From Octopus vulgaris (Eukaryota), in contig OX597816.1 in NCBI GenBank assembly GCA_951406725.2, positions 162,502,001 to 162,566,000 on the forward strand: a stretch of DNA of 64,000 nucleotides, in the 5' to 3' direction. The notes beneath the pieces are model-generated. The model ran no database searches. It saw only the letters and a program-made list of their open reading frames with translations, and was not told where the DNA came from. Every line of letters begins with the position of its first letter. Positions within the stretch are counted from its first letter, which is position 1. This document shows, in pieces, positions 13,838 through 27,279 of this stretch. The translations under genes were made by a program, and so were the position numbers.

Positions 13838-13984
13838 CATTACTTCGCAAAAATTTATTGATATTTAAATAAATCTATTGCAAAATTTAAATACGACAAC
13901 ACGTTGTGAGATTCTGGTGCATTTTCAAAACCCAAAACAAATTGTCCTATATTTTTTCCTATCTGGCAATACACTTCTTCTCTC

Positions 13985-14093
<109 letters not shown>

Positions 14094-14109
14094 CTATATG
14101 TATATGTAT

Positions 14110-14157
<48 letters not shown>

Positions 14158-14929
14158 ATAAAACGGTAAGATAACAAAATATATTAAAGATTGGTCATAG
14201 CACAAACATTAAAATACGGCTTGCGGTATGTTAAGGTTTGTCCTGCTCTTGTATATGTATCCCATCTCTTAATTCATCCTGACGAGGTGGGGGGGGGGCA
14301 TTATCGTGATATGCATCAATGTCAATCTAACTATGGTGATGTGCTCCCAGAATGGCCATAGATGATGTGTTTAGTTTAATCTGGAAAACCTTACTCATGA
14401 ACTATTATATTCTGCGTGGACGTATTCTTTTGTTTCGAAATATTTTACTCATGGATTATTACCTTTTGGTGTAAATGAAGGGAAATTACTCTGTTATAAC
14501 TCTGCTTTGCCTGCGTACTTATACATCGCTCGCACTTTTTCAGCATGACACATTTTCAGTAAACTATTTTATATATATTTTTTTGATGGGACGTTCCTAT
14601 ACGTGTTTTTTTTTCTCGCTTATATGTATATTCTTTTTACCTTTTGGTGGTTTTCTGTATCTGTATGCCTTAATTATTTTATATTTTTATTTATATATTA
14701 TGAAAGCCATGGTAATAATTATTCATATATGATGTATGTTAGAGGACTCATACCGTAGTATGAAGTCGTTAACTACATTTCTATGGCCAATGTTTAATTA
14801 TCCTTGCCTCATTTATTTGAGCACTTCTTTTCTTTGCAGTCCTATTATCTCTTTGTCTTTTTTTTGAAAGAAACAAGTGGTTATTTCTTGACGTGTATAT
14901 ATATTTTTATTTTCGAAAATTTTTCTTTT

Positions 14930-15210
14930 ATTTTACTTGTTTCAGTCATTTGACTGCGGCCATGCTTGGAGCACAAGCCTTTTTAGTCGAGGACAATCGA
15001 CCCTAGGACTCATTCTTTGTAAGCCTAGTACTTATTCTATCGCTCTCTTTTGCCGAACCGCTGAACTAAAACGGAGATTTTAAACATACCATTGATCGGT
15101 TGTCAGGCGATGTTAACTGAAACACTATACACAGTGCTAGGAAACACACATATATGAACCCGGAACCGGTGTGGTTGGTAAGCAAGCTACTTACCATTTC
15201 AACCACTCCT
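14930..15210 (-). mobile_element. SINE family A, indel-rich copy
   Basis: Aligns to family A with many homopolymer indels. Confidence 0.75.
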
Positions 15211-15219
15211 TTTCCTTAT

Positions 15220-15253
<34 letters not shown>

Positions 15254-15934
15254 GAAAAAATTATACAAAATGTATAAATAGCTGATGAGTAAAACATCGG
15301 CACAGTTTATATTGTATATATTATATATTATATTTATATATGTTTATATATATAGGGGGTGTATATATATGTATATAATGTATGTATACGTATATAGGTA
15401 TAGGTATATACATTTTATTAAGATATGCATATATATAGAAATGTGATTGTGTGTGTGTGTGTCTATATATGCAACTAAGTAGTGATAAGAATAAAATAGC
15501 TCTCTGGTCCATGTATCATACTTAATGCAGGTCCATTGCGAAAGACAAATTAACTGTGAGTATTTATCTAGGGATAAAACCACGTATGGGTGAATCTCTT
15601 TATAAGCATAAAACTATATGAAGTAGTAGATGAAAACCGTCCCGCATCGGAGAAGTGATTGTTAAATTCTTAATTTTACCTCCAAGTACTTTGCCAGTAC
15701 CACGTACTACCTACAAGCTACATAGTAAGACAAAATTCGTTGCGACTTAGAAATGAATTGGCGTTGTAATGTATCAACATTAAGTATGATACATAGATGG
15801 GGGGGCATTATCGTGATATGCATCAATGTCAAGCTGGCGTAGCTATGGTAAGATGTTTGCTCCCCAGAATGGCATAGATGATGGGTTTAGTCCTATTGCG
15901 TAACACCTTGAGCATGAACTATTATACTATGACT

Positions 15935-16235
15935 TCGGGTCCGGCAAAGCATTGTGGATTTGGTAGATGGAAACTGAAATAAGCTCGTCGTATACGTATG
16001 TGTATGTGTGTGTCTGCGTGTGTGTCATTGTGTCTGCGTTTGTCCCGCACCACCGATTGACACACAGTGTTCGTGTGTTTACGTTCCATAAGTTAGCGGG
16101 ATGTAAAAACGAAAGAATAGGTACCAGATTTTTTTTAAAAGAAACTACTGGGTTGAGTAATTCGTTTAAAATTCTCTAAGGCCCTACCCCCAGAATGGCC
16201 GCAGTCTAATGACTGAAACAAATAAAAGATAAAAG
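15935..16235 (+). mobile_element. SINE family A (diverged)
   Basis: ggatttggtagatggaaactgaaa...gaatggccgcagtctaatgactgaaac. Confidence 0.75.
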
Positions 16236-16659
16236 ATGATACTGCATATAACGACTTTTTATTCAGCGGAACGGCTAATGGCAACATCAGAAATTTTTCG
16301 GTCACTGTTTTCTTATTAAAGATTTCTGCCTTTGTATGTTTTCTTATTTGTTTGTTTGTATTCTTATTAAAGATTTCTGCCTTTGTATGTGGCTGTTTAT
16401 AATTAAGTCGTAGAATAGCTATAGAAGCGTCTAGAGTTTGACAGTTGTTTCATGACAAAAGTCAATGAGACAGCTTGTTGCTGGTCGTTCGACCTGTAGG
16501 AAACTGCAACCAAAGCCTTTCTCAAATCACACATTCATGCTTTTATACAGTATGAGTCAGTCTGGGAAAATAAATGACTGGATACTGACAATGCATGGGA
16601 TTAAAAAACAGCAAAATCTAGCAACTAAAAAAATTACAGCAACATCAACAAAAACTACA

Positions 16660-16690
<31 letters not shown>

Positions 16691-16736
16691 ATACTACTAC
16701 TACTTCTTCTTCTTTTACTACTACTACTACTACTAT

Positions 16737-16783
<47 letters not shown>

Positions 16784-16990
16784 TACTACTACTACTACTA
16801 CTACTACTACTGCCACTTCTGCTGTTGCTGCTGCTGCTGCGGAAATTCGCTAGTCTGGCACACGTACGATTCCTTTAAAAAAAGAGAAAACAGAAGCGGT
16901 TTTGGTTTCATATTACCTGTTTTAATTATATGTTAATCAGCCGAATTATCAACCAAATGTCCATCAAACACATACATAAATACATACATG

Positions 16991-17022
<32 letters not shown>

Positions 17023-17196
17023 CATACATACACACATACATACATACATACATATATACATACATGTAGACAGACGCATCCACATATATATATATATATA
17101 TATACATATATACATACACACATACATACGTATATGTATACATGTATGCATTTATAAGCATATATATATATATGAATATATGCATGCATATCTATA

Positions 17197-17253
<57 letters not shown>

Positions 17254-17349
17254 TATATATATATACACATATATATGTACGTATATATACATACATATAT
17301 ATTGCATATATATTATATTATATCATATATACATACATACATACATACA

Positions 17350-17449
<100 letters not shown>

Positions 17450-17688
17450 GTATCTATGTACTAATGTATATTCCTTCTCTGTGCATGACTGCAAAATAAC
17501 TATGGTAAGCTGTCAACTCAGCCAGTAACCGTAAACATTCACACACACAAAAGAAAAGAAATGGTGCAGGCAACACATACCGTACTTTCAACAATAATAT
17601 ACCGCCATTTTACTTTTCATATTATATATTTGATCTTCATCGCGGCGCCACGTATTATTATTATTATTACTATTATTATTATCATTAC

Positions 17689-17751
<63 letters not shown>

Positions 17752-17973
17752 TAATATATACGTTCTCAGTCAGCGTGATGGTCAAATATTTCACATATTT
17801 CACATGACACTCAAGATTTTCACAATCCATATCAATCGTTTCATCTAGTGAGGTCTTTATTTACTTATCTGTTTACTTGTTTGTAGCGTTTAGTCTTACG
17901 TTTTATGTTTCGTTTCGTAGAACTTGCTATCTTCTTGCCTCAAATCTTTCTTCTTTCTCTCTCTGCATGGGCG

Positions 17974-18101
<128 letters not shown>

Positions 18102-18355
18102 ATATATATGTATATATATGTATATATATGTATATATATATGTATGTATGTATATTACATATGTGTCTGTGTCCGAAAATGTATGTGTATTTGGTGTTTG
18201 TGGCCCGCAAATAAAATATCCCATTGCTCAACAAAGGCACACGCTCGCATATTCACACACACACACTTATATGTGTTGTGTGTATATACATACATATATA
18301 TATATATCTTGATATACATATATTATATATTTATATATATACATATATATATACA

Positions 18356-18415
<60 letters not shown>

Positions 18416-18505
18416 AATATATATACGTATATATATATATTTAAATATATATACGTATATATATTTATACATATATATTATGATATATATATTCATGCAT
18501 ACATA

Positions 18506-18558
<53 letters not shown>

Positions 18559-19485
18559 ATATATACACGTACATAAATGCACACGCACTCACACACACAC
18601 ACGTATAAGTACATCAATATTAGCTATGTTGTTTACGACTTCGCTCTTGATGTTGTGTATTGTTTAACAATTGTTTTTGCCATTCTTATTCCCCAGATGT
18701 TATTCTTGTTGTTGTTCTCCTATTCCTAATGATATAATATATGTGCTTTTTTTTAATAATTTTCTTTTACACCAGTCCCTAAATATCATTTTTGAGTGTT
18801 GTGTGTTTTTATCTATTTCTTGTTTATTTTTTTTTTTAATATTTTGCTATTATCTTCAACTTTGTTCTTTTACTCAGAGTATACATTTCATGTTCTTTGA
18901 TGATAATACAGATGTACACATGTATTAATGTCATGTTCACTGTTATATACAGGAATACACTTACACACAAACAGCCACACTTATATACGCATACAAACAC
19001 ATATATACAATTTCTTACTTTTGTACCGCCATCATTCATTGAATTACGTTGTTAGACTGCGTATACTTACATACCTATATAAATACACACACTTATGATG
19101 GTGTGTATATTATAAAAAGTAACAAAATCTGCAAACTTAGAGAAAATCTCAGTTGCGGTTTCTTACAAAGAGGTTTATTGTAAATTTATTTATATTAACT
19201 GTAAACTGTAAGTACTTCAAACTATGGCATGGTTTCCTCTATCGGTGTTTAGCAAGTAACTTCGTCACATTCATAAAGAATCAAAGCATTCGTCCTTTTC
19301 TGGTCGATTCATTACGACGGTCCAGAACAGCTTGGACTGGGGTGTAATGTTTGAGGTGCGTAAAATATATTTCACATAATATACAATCCTGAGATTACAT
19401 TATGTATGTATATATGTATATATGCATGTATGTATTATGTATGCATGAATATACGAATGTATATGTAAATATATATATATGTATA

Positions 19486-19535
<50 letters not shown>

Positions 19536-19539
<4 letters not shown>

Positions 19540-19653
19540 CTTTGAATGGTGGTGCCCCAGCATGGCCACTGCTCGTGAGCTGAAACTAGATAAAATATAA
19601 AATAAAATAAAAATAAAAAAATATATGCGTATATATATACATACATACATATA

Positions 19654-19685
<32 letters not shown>

Positions 19686-19798
19686 ATTTCTTTGAATGGT
19701 GGTGCCCCAGCATGGCCACTGCTCGTGAGCTGAAACTAGATAAAATATAAAATAAAATAAAAAAAAAAAATATATGCGTATATATATACATACATACA

Positions 19799-19800
<2 letters not shown>
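19536..19800 (+). repeat. Tandem duplication of a CR1/L2-like LINE 3' tail
   Basis: Two near-identical units containing ggtgccccagcatggccactgctcgtgagctgaaactag (also at 25568-25606), separated by (TA)n. Confidence 0.85.
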
Positions 19801-19888
<88 letters not shown>

Positions 19889-20034
19889 TATAAAATTTAA
19901 TTTGAGCATGTGTAAACCTCATTATGGGATAGTTTCATCCAAGGAAATACTGGTTCAATACCTAGTTTTTGGGGTGGGGGATGAATTTCCTTAAAATGAC
20001 ATTTATATATAAAAACATAAAGTTTATATTCATT

Positions 20035-20416
20035 TAAAACAAGAAGAGAAAATGGTGATTAGGAAGTAAATAATTGCTTATTACCAACAGCATATTGGCC
20101 GTCTTTACTTACAGCCGTTTCAATTAATACTCAATAAACATTAAATTTATATTTATGTAATATGAGTACAAGATCATCAGAGGAAAGAAAGATGTACATT
20201 TGGACGTTATATGTGTGGTCATGAATTCATTTTAGCAGACAAATTAATTCATAAGCACACATCCAAATGTAAATCTCTTTTCCTCTGATGATATTGTGCT
20301 CATGTCGCTTAAATGTCAATTTGATGTTTATTGAGTATGTAAGTGAAGGTGACCAATTTGCTATTAATAATAAACAATTATTCACTTCTTAAACACCATT
20401 TTCCTTTCCTGTTTTA
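20035..20416. mobile_element. Old PLE-type fold-back with hammerhead motif
   Basis: Diverged inverted arms ~20035-20228 and ~20246-20416; minus-strand tctttcct CTGATGA ..tactca..tgagta.. GAAA cggctg TA agtaaaga at 20102-20188; GAAA segment deleted in the right arm. Confidence 0.6.
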
Positions 20417-20690
20417 TATATATATATATAAAATAAAATCGAAACATCAACTATAACGTGAAATGGAGAATCCATTCAAAGGCCAAAATATGTTCGATAT
20501 GTTTCCTAGAAAAAATGTATCTTTAAAAACATTAGAACCTCCAATAACTGTAAATTCCAGGAACGAGAATTTTTCAATGTGTCCGCGTTACTAAAAATAC
20601 ATCTTAGCAGAAATTAAAGACAAACCACCGGACACATCATAAACCATTCCATTCATATATATATAAACATACACATTCACATATATATAT

Positions 20691-20759
<69 letters not shown>

Positions 20760-21391
20760 ACATACTTCCTCTTCCTGTTTATACGCGATATCATTTAAGA
20801 GTTTATTTCAATCAACGACTGCCATCACTCTTGCGACCCTACAGGTTGCCTTATCAGTATCATGAATATGGATATTTATTGATATTGGTGTTTTGCTATA
20901 GGGAAATATGTTGAGATGACTTGCGAGAGCGATATGTTAGTTTACGTTGCCGATGGCAACGACGCTGGTTTTTTCCTCGAAGCTCAGTATGAGATAATGA
21001 TTACTTAGAAAGGAATCACTCTAGATTTACTCTAAAAGACACGAACGAGGTAGAATCCTTCCCTCCGTACGTAAACCATTACCTTTGTCGTAAAAAGCAC
21101 CCCTTCGAGCGTTTGAAGGTATCGACTAAATCCATCCAAAATTTTGTCAGCCATTTTCACATTAGCTGTATGATTGTAAAGTAGTGTTAGTGCTTCATTA
21201 AATAGGTACTAAAACGCCACTTATTTTTACTCAGTAGTAAGCTACACATATGCACGCGAGCGCGCACACACACACACGTGTTTACGCACGTATATATGAA
21301 TGTATGTATGTATGTATGTATGTATGTATGTATGTATGTATGTATGAATGTATGAATGTATGTATGTATGTATGAAGGTATGTATGTATGT

Positions 21392-21710
21392 GACAACATG
21401 ATAAGTGACAACCTGACCACTGGTGGTGGTGTAACACACCATACTGATCATATCTGTCGGGCATGTGGAAGAGAGTGTAGTTCGGCAGGAGGACTTAAAC
21501 GACATGCAAAGGTACATGAAGCCCAGTTACAACTACAGCCGGCTATTACCGGTAAATTTTTAGTTGCCAATTCTGTACAAGACATTGTAGATCTTTAGCT
21601 GGGCTAAAAAGTTACATTCGATCACAGCACCAGTAACAGTTAAGCTTCGTGCAATGGCCATACTCGATAACGAGGGAGCAGCCATCATGTATGTATGTAT
21701 GTATGTATGT
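21392..21710 (+). mobile_element. RTE-like LINE 3' end with C2H2 motif and (ATGT)n tail
   Basis: HICRACGRECSSAGGLKRHAKVH; short 3' UTR ending gcagccatc(atgt)n. Confidence 0.65.
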
Positions 21711-22030
21711 CTTCAACTTTAAAAGTTGAAGACTGGGAGTAGATGACGCAAGCTCGATCGGTTTGGAAACAAATGATGTACACTAGAATTAAAGCATTTG
21801 AAGCTCGAAGAATTGAACAATCTATCTTGAAACTAGAACTTCGTAGACAGGATTCAACTACAATCTCAGACACCTTGCGGCCTAAAAGTGTTTGTAAGAT
21901 CTGCAGTAGAGTTTGTATGCCAAGAGCAGGACTTTCTAGTCATATAAGATCTCATGACAGTATTTATTAACTGAAGAGATGGCCTTCTTCTGTAAAGAAG
22001 TGGCTATCATCATGCATGTATGTATGTATG
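21711..22030 (+). mobile_element. Second RTE-like LINE 3' end (different family)
   Basis: WE.MTQARSVWK..FEARR..CKICSRVCMPRAGLSSHIRSH then stop, 3' UTR, (atgt)n. Confidence 0.7.
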
Positions 22031-22524
22031 TTAGTTATTCATTTTTATTTCTAAATTTCTTGCCAATAAAAAAATAACCGCTTTCTAACCGAGATCCAAG
22101 GCACTTTGTTGCAAATTTCAGCAACATAAACAAGACATTTGTGCATGATTGCGTGTATATGTGCAATATTTTGAGCCATTGTACGCCTATGTTTTGTTTT
22201 ATGTATGTATTCTCATGCATCTAGTTGCATATTTAGACATGAGCATATATAATTGAAACCTAAACTTCTGGCGAATTTTACAGATTTTGATATTTGTCAT
22301 CTAATTAGTATACCCCTTTCTGGTTTTGAGAAAACTAATTTGTCGAGATCGATGCTTAGATAGTTACATATCCCAGTGCCCCAATGATTGCAGGTATAAA
22401 ATTGGACTTGTAATACAGGTAGAGTAGCTATATATTTCTCAATACTTCAGCCTAGGTGTTTTCTTTTACACTCATCTTTAGCTTTTTGTTGGCATCCGCT
22501 GGGTAACCGAGTTCCACTACTGTA

Positions 22525-23638
22525 TAGGGTGGTCCAAAAGTCTTGTTACCCCATACCAAAAAGTAATGCGAACAATAGAAGAACAAGTAATGCACGAACT
22601 GGATTTAGTTTATTCACTTTCATTGACGCTATCACAGATGGAGAAGGTTTGTATGAACACCATCATTTTCGTAGCACAGAATGATGCGGCGCCATGTCCT
22701 GTGTGATATTTTTTCGAAGCTGTGCTTTGGTGATTGTTGCAAAGGCTCTCCGAACGGCGCCCTTCAACTGATGGGTATTCTGGTCTAAAAAGGAAGCACT
22801 CCGTTGGTTACGATGACGAGGGTTCCGGTTGATCCGATCAACGGAACAGCCTGCTCGTGAAATTAACGTGTAAGTGGCTGAGCACTCCACAGACACGTGT
22901 ACCCTTAACGTAGTTCTCGGGGATATTCAGCGTGACACAGAGAGTGACAAGGCCGGCCCTTTGAAATACAGGTACAACAGAAACAGGAAGTAAGAGTGAG
23001 AGAAAATTATGGTGAAAGAGTACAGCAGGGATCACCACCATTCCCTGCCGGAGCCTCGTGGAGCTTTAGGTGTTTTCGCTCAATAAACACTCACAACGCC
23101 CGGTCTGGGAATCGAAACCGCGATCTTATGACCGCGAATCCGCTGCCCTAACCACTGGGCCATTGCGCCTCCACGGGTATTCTGGTACCGTTCATGTGAA
23201 ACTCTCTTCTTGATGATATCCCATAAAGCGTTATCGCAAGAAGCGAGGTCTGGATTTCTGGGAGGTCAATCGACAGGTGCTGGAAGTTGTTGCGATCCTG
23301 GCCCTATCCATGTATCCCGAAAACCTTCATTTAGGTATTTCCGGACAGTGACAGCATAGTGGTGGTGGTGGTAGCGGAGAGAACCATCATGTTGAAGACA
23401 ACAATCATTCAGGTCAACACCCAACATCTGAAGATGCGCAATAAACCACTCCCTTAACATGGACAAGTAATATTGCTGGTCAACAGTGCCCTCGAAACAA
23501 TAGGTTCCTATCAGGTGCTTAGTCGATATGGCGATCCAAATCATGTGTGTCGGGGGTAATGCTAAAACGAAAAAGTAATGGTAATAATGACAATAATAAA
23601 CAGTATGAAGGGGGTAATAAGACTTTTGGACCACCATG
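22525..23638 (-). mobile_element. Deleted Tc1/mariner-superfamily DNA transposon
   Basis: ~28 bp TIRs (tagggtggtccaaaagtcttgttacccc / ggggtaataagacttttggaccaccatg), TA on both sides; transposase remnant LQHDGS..H..VRKYLNE..WIG..PPRNPDLASCD. Confidence 0.85.
22785..23174 (-). mobile_element. Young tRNA-derived SINE nested in the transposon, 12-bp TSD
   Basis: TSD gggtattctggt at 22773-22784 and 23175-23186; A box tggcccagtgg, B box gtttcgattcc. Confidence 0.9.
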
Positions 23639-23739
23639 TACATAGTTTCACTTCTCTGTCTCCTGGTCTATTATGTTTACATTTTACTGAGGTTTTCACT
23701 GGGACACTCTATCAGTACTCTTTGCTATTATGAATGGCT

Positions 23740-24180
23740 ACGGTGTCTACCATATTATGCATTATTATCTCTCTCTGTCCTCAGGATTATGCTTCTGGCG
23801 GAATCATTGTACAATGTCTTGACAACATCTTGTCTCTTCGGTAGATAATAACGCGATGACATTTTTGGACAGATGATTATAATGTGGGTCATATCTTCAG
23901 TGTTAATCCCACCAACGGTTGTCGCATTTTTTTCACTAAGCAAAAAGCAATTATTAAAGTCAATATTGTGTAGAAAATTATTCAAAGTTCTAATTTTGAT
24001 ATATCTTTCTTTTTTATCAAAATACGGTTTAAAGTTTCTTTTATTATTGAAGATTAAAACTAAAAAAAGAAAACTAGTTTTCATGGAGAATTTTTCAACA
24101 ATTCCAGATAAAATTCTATCTTCATATTTCCTGTGCCATACATTTCATGATGCTGTTTTGTGAAGACATAACAGAAGAAA
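23740..24180 (-). mobile_element. Decayed RLE-type (R4/NeSL-like) non-LTR fragment
   Basis: EDMTHIIIICPKMSSRYYLPKRQDVV resembles the HxxxxC zinc-knuckle half plus RH(D/N) motif. Confidence 0.5.
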
Positions 24181-24528
24181 ACATTTCTCCAAATTATAAG
24201 CGTAATCCAATATCAGCTAATTTACGTTGATTTCAGTTTATTTTCATATTCCTTGGCTGTTTTAGAAGACATAGAAAGCTGAAGAAGAAGAAGAAAAGTA
24301 ATTTTAACTTATTTTTCACTGATTGAAATTACCTTTAAAATATATCTCACTGCTAACTACTTTTCTATATTTATTGAATGAACGTTATTAGACGAATACA
24401 GGATATAAATACAAATTAGTCGCACGATATCCTAAAAATTACACGAAATGACAATCATATACGTTGATGAAATCCAGCAACTAACAGAAAATACTTGGAG
24501 GCGGTGTTTTTACTAGTGTATAGATGTG

Positions 24529-24599
<71 letters not shown>

Positions 24600-24602
24600 A
24601 TA

Positions 24603-25630
24603 CGCCCTCAGCCACGATCACAAGTTATGCAGATGATAGAAAAGTTTCACAGGTAATACAGAACTCTGAAGACACTAAGCACCTGCAATGTGAGCTGGAC
24701 GAAATATACAAGTGGGCTGAAAAGAATAGCATGCAGTTCAATGCTGAAAAGTTTCAAGCTTTATGCTATCAGCATGCAAAACTAAATGCAATACCCAATA
24801 AATACACTGGACCTGGAGGGATTGCAAACCTAGAGGCACAATCAGTGCGAGACCTGGGTATCTACATGAGTAATGATGCAACCTTTCATGTGCATGTTGC
24901 TAAATTTGCAATGAAATGTAGGCGGCTGACTGGATGGATTCTTAGAGCTTTTAGAACAAGAGACCAGGAAACCATGATGGTCCTCTGGAGGACAATTGTC
25001 CTAAGCCACTTTGACTATTGCTCTCAGCTATGGTCACCAACCAGTGTCAAATTAATCACAGAACTTGAACCGATCCAACGAAGCTACACGAAGAAGATAG
25101 CCTCTGTGCAGCATATAAGATATTGGGAAAGACTCAAGAGATTGAGACTCTATTCCTTAGAGCGTAGGCGAGAAAGATATGCCATAATATACATCTGGAA
25201 GATCCTAGAAGGACTTGTCCCAAACTTTGGCATCGAGAGTTACACAAATACTAGAACTGGGCGCCACTGCATAGTGCCAAGGACTCCAAATTTGCCATTA
25301 AGATGTAGGACAAGATACTGTGATAGACTGAGCTTCAGAGGTCCACAGCTCTTCAATATCCTGCCGAAGGACCTGAGAGACCTGCATGGGGTGGATGCAG
25401 ATGTCTTTAAAATAAAGCTGGACCTCTTCATGTCAGGTGTCCCAGGTGAACCAACTTCACGGCAGGAGGTGCAGATGAGGGCAGCTGCATCAAACTCTCT
25501 CATGCACCAAATGTCAATTGCTAAAAAGCATTCGTGAAGTAAAATCATGTAGCAACACCGAATGGCGGTGCCCCAGCATGGCCACAGCTCGTGAGCTGAA
25601 ACTAGATAAAATGAAAACTGAAAATAAAAT
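24603..25630 (+). mobile_element. 5'-truncated CR1/L2-group LINE; open RT C-terminal frame to stop at 25537, then 3' UTR
   Basis: SYADD, WAEKNSMQFNAEK, VRDLGI, DYCSQLWSP, YWERLKRLRLYSLERRRER; starts inside (TA)n. Confidence 0.92.
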
Positions 25631-25787
25631 GATATATATATACATACATACATATAATTATATATATATATTTATATTTATATATACATATAAACATGTC
25701 TGTGTGTGTATGTGCATATATATATATGGATATATATACATATATATACAGTGTATACACACATATATATATATATGTATATATATA

Positions 25788-25859
<72 letters not shown>

Positions 25860-25941
25860 AAGGGTGAAAAGGAACACACGAGTTGATATATATGAAAAAA
25901 CAAGTAAAAAATAGAAAATGCTAAAATAATTTTATAGTGAA

Positions 25942-25989
25942 CATTTCAGTACCGGTTTCGGTCATTTTGAGACCTTTTCAACTGTAACG
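25942..25989 (-). ncRNA. Hammerhead ribozyme (U3-A8 variant), inverted copy
   Basis: Reverse complement of 31408-31455. Confidence 0.75.
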
Positions 25990-26659
25990 ATTAAATAATT
26001 AAATTTAGAAAAATTAGAAGAAAAGTTTTTTTAAAAGAATATTTCTATAGTAGTGTTCAGATTTAAGTGGCATTCTGCCTTTCTCTGACTCCCTTGTTTG
26101 CACTTGTGTGTTCGAGGTAGTTGTGAGTTCTTGGTAGGGTAGTAGAGGGAAGGCTGGTGAGGAAAGGGGGTGGGAGAATCTGGGAGTGCCCTGATGGTCG
26201 TATTTTGAATGGTCAGTGGCGGCTGGCAGTCTCAGTTCAATTCAGGATTGTTTATAGAATTAGCGTAGGTGTTATACTAAAAAACATTAGTGACAAACTT
26301 AAGGGGTAGGGGGTGGAGAAGAAGAAGAAGAAGAAGAAGAAGAAGGAGAAGGAGAAGATGATGGTGATGGTGGTGATGATTATGACGACGATGATGATGA
26401 TAACGATGATGATGAAGAAGAAGAAGAAGAAGAAGAAGAAGAAGAAGAAGAAGAAGGAGAAGATGGTGGTGATGATGATGACGCCGATGATGATGATAAC
26501 GATGATGATGAAGAAGAAGAAGAAGAAAAAAACAGAGAAGGGAGAATATGAATGGGTGTAAATATAGCTATGAAGGGGCTGATTAGTAATGGATTCTATG
26601 GAGTGTAGTATTTGTGTGTGTATATATATTTTTTTCTTTTATTCTAAAGTTGAGGTATA

Positions 26660-27279
26660 TTAATTGTTTGTCGTAGACCCGTTAAGAAGTGGCTTGTATT
26701 TTGTAATAAAGAGATTTTCTTTACTTATTCTTTGTCTCGAGGTTGTATCGTCCCTAAATTGGTAGAGGGGGAAAATTCTGAAGTTTGGTGTTTTTTTGTT
26801 GGCGCAAGTATCTATGTGTTGGCTAAAAGCGATTTTTCTGTTTTGGGGAATTTTTATCTGGGATCTGTGCAGGGCCATTCGTTTACGCAAACCATTTTTT
26901 GTTTGGCCTATGTACTGCTCTTGACACCCGGAGCAGGTTAGTGAGTATATTAGGTTCTCCGAAGCACATGTGAAGTTGCTTTTCACTGTAAACCGTTGTC
27001 CCTGTTTGAAGGAGAACTCCGAACCCTCGATTAGATAGTCGCATATCCCGCAATTGGGTCTTCCACATTTTTTTACTGTCGGCTTCTGTGTTGAAGAGTG
27101 AATTCGGGCTTGTGTAAGGAGACTTTTCATGGATCTAGGCTGTCTTTTGCTTTTTATGATCGTGTGTGTTTGGAGGATTGTGTTCATTCTGTGGTCTTTT
27201 TTTAGGAGGGGTATGTTGTGGAGGATGGTGTCGAAGGCTTCGTTATTGAGAGGGTTGTGTGTGGAGATGTATGGTAAGG
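26660..27279 (-). pseudogene. Inverted duplicate of the PLE GIY-YIG C-terminus
   Basis: Translation LPYISTHNP...PLLNGSTTNN identical to 30098-30717. Confidence 0.9.

Noticed and set aside
21395-21970. C2H2 zinc-finger host gene exons
   Set aside because: Context (W..RS.W, FE..R, short UTR, ATGT tail) fits RTE LINE C-termini rather than a host zinc-finger array
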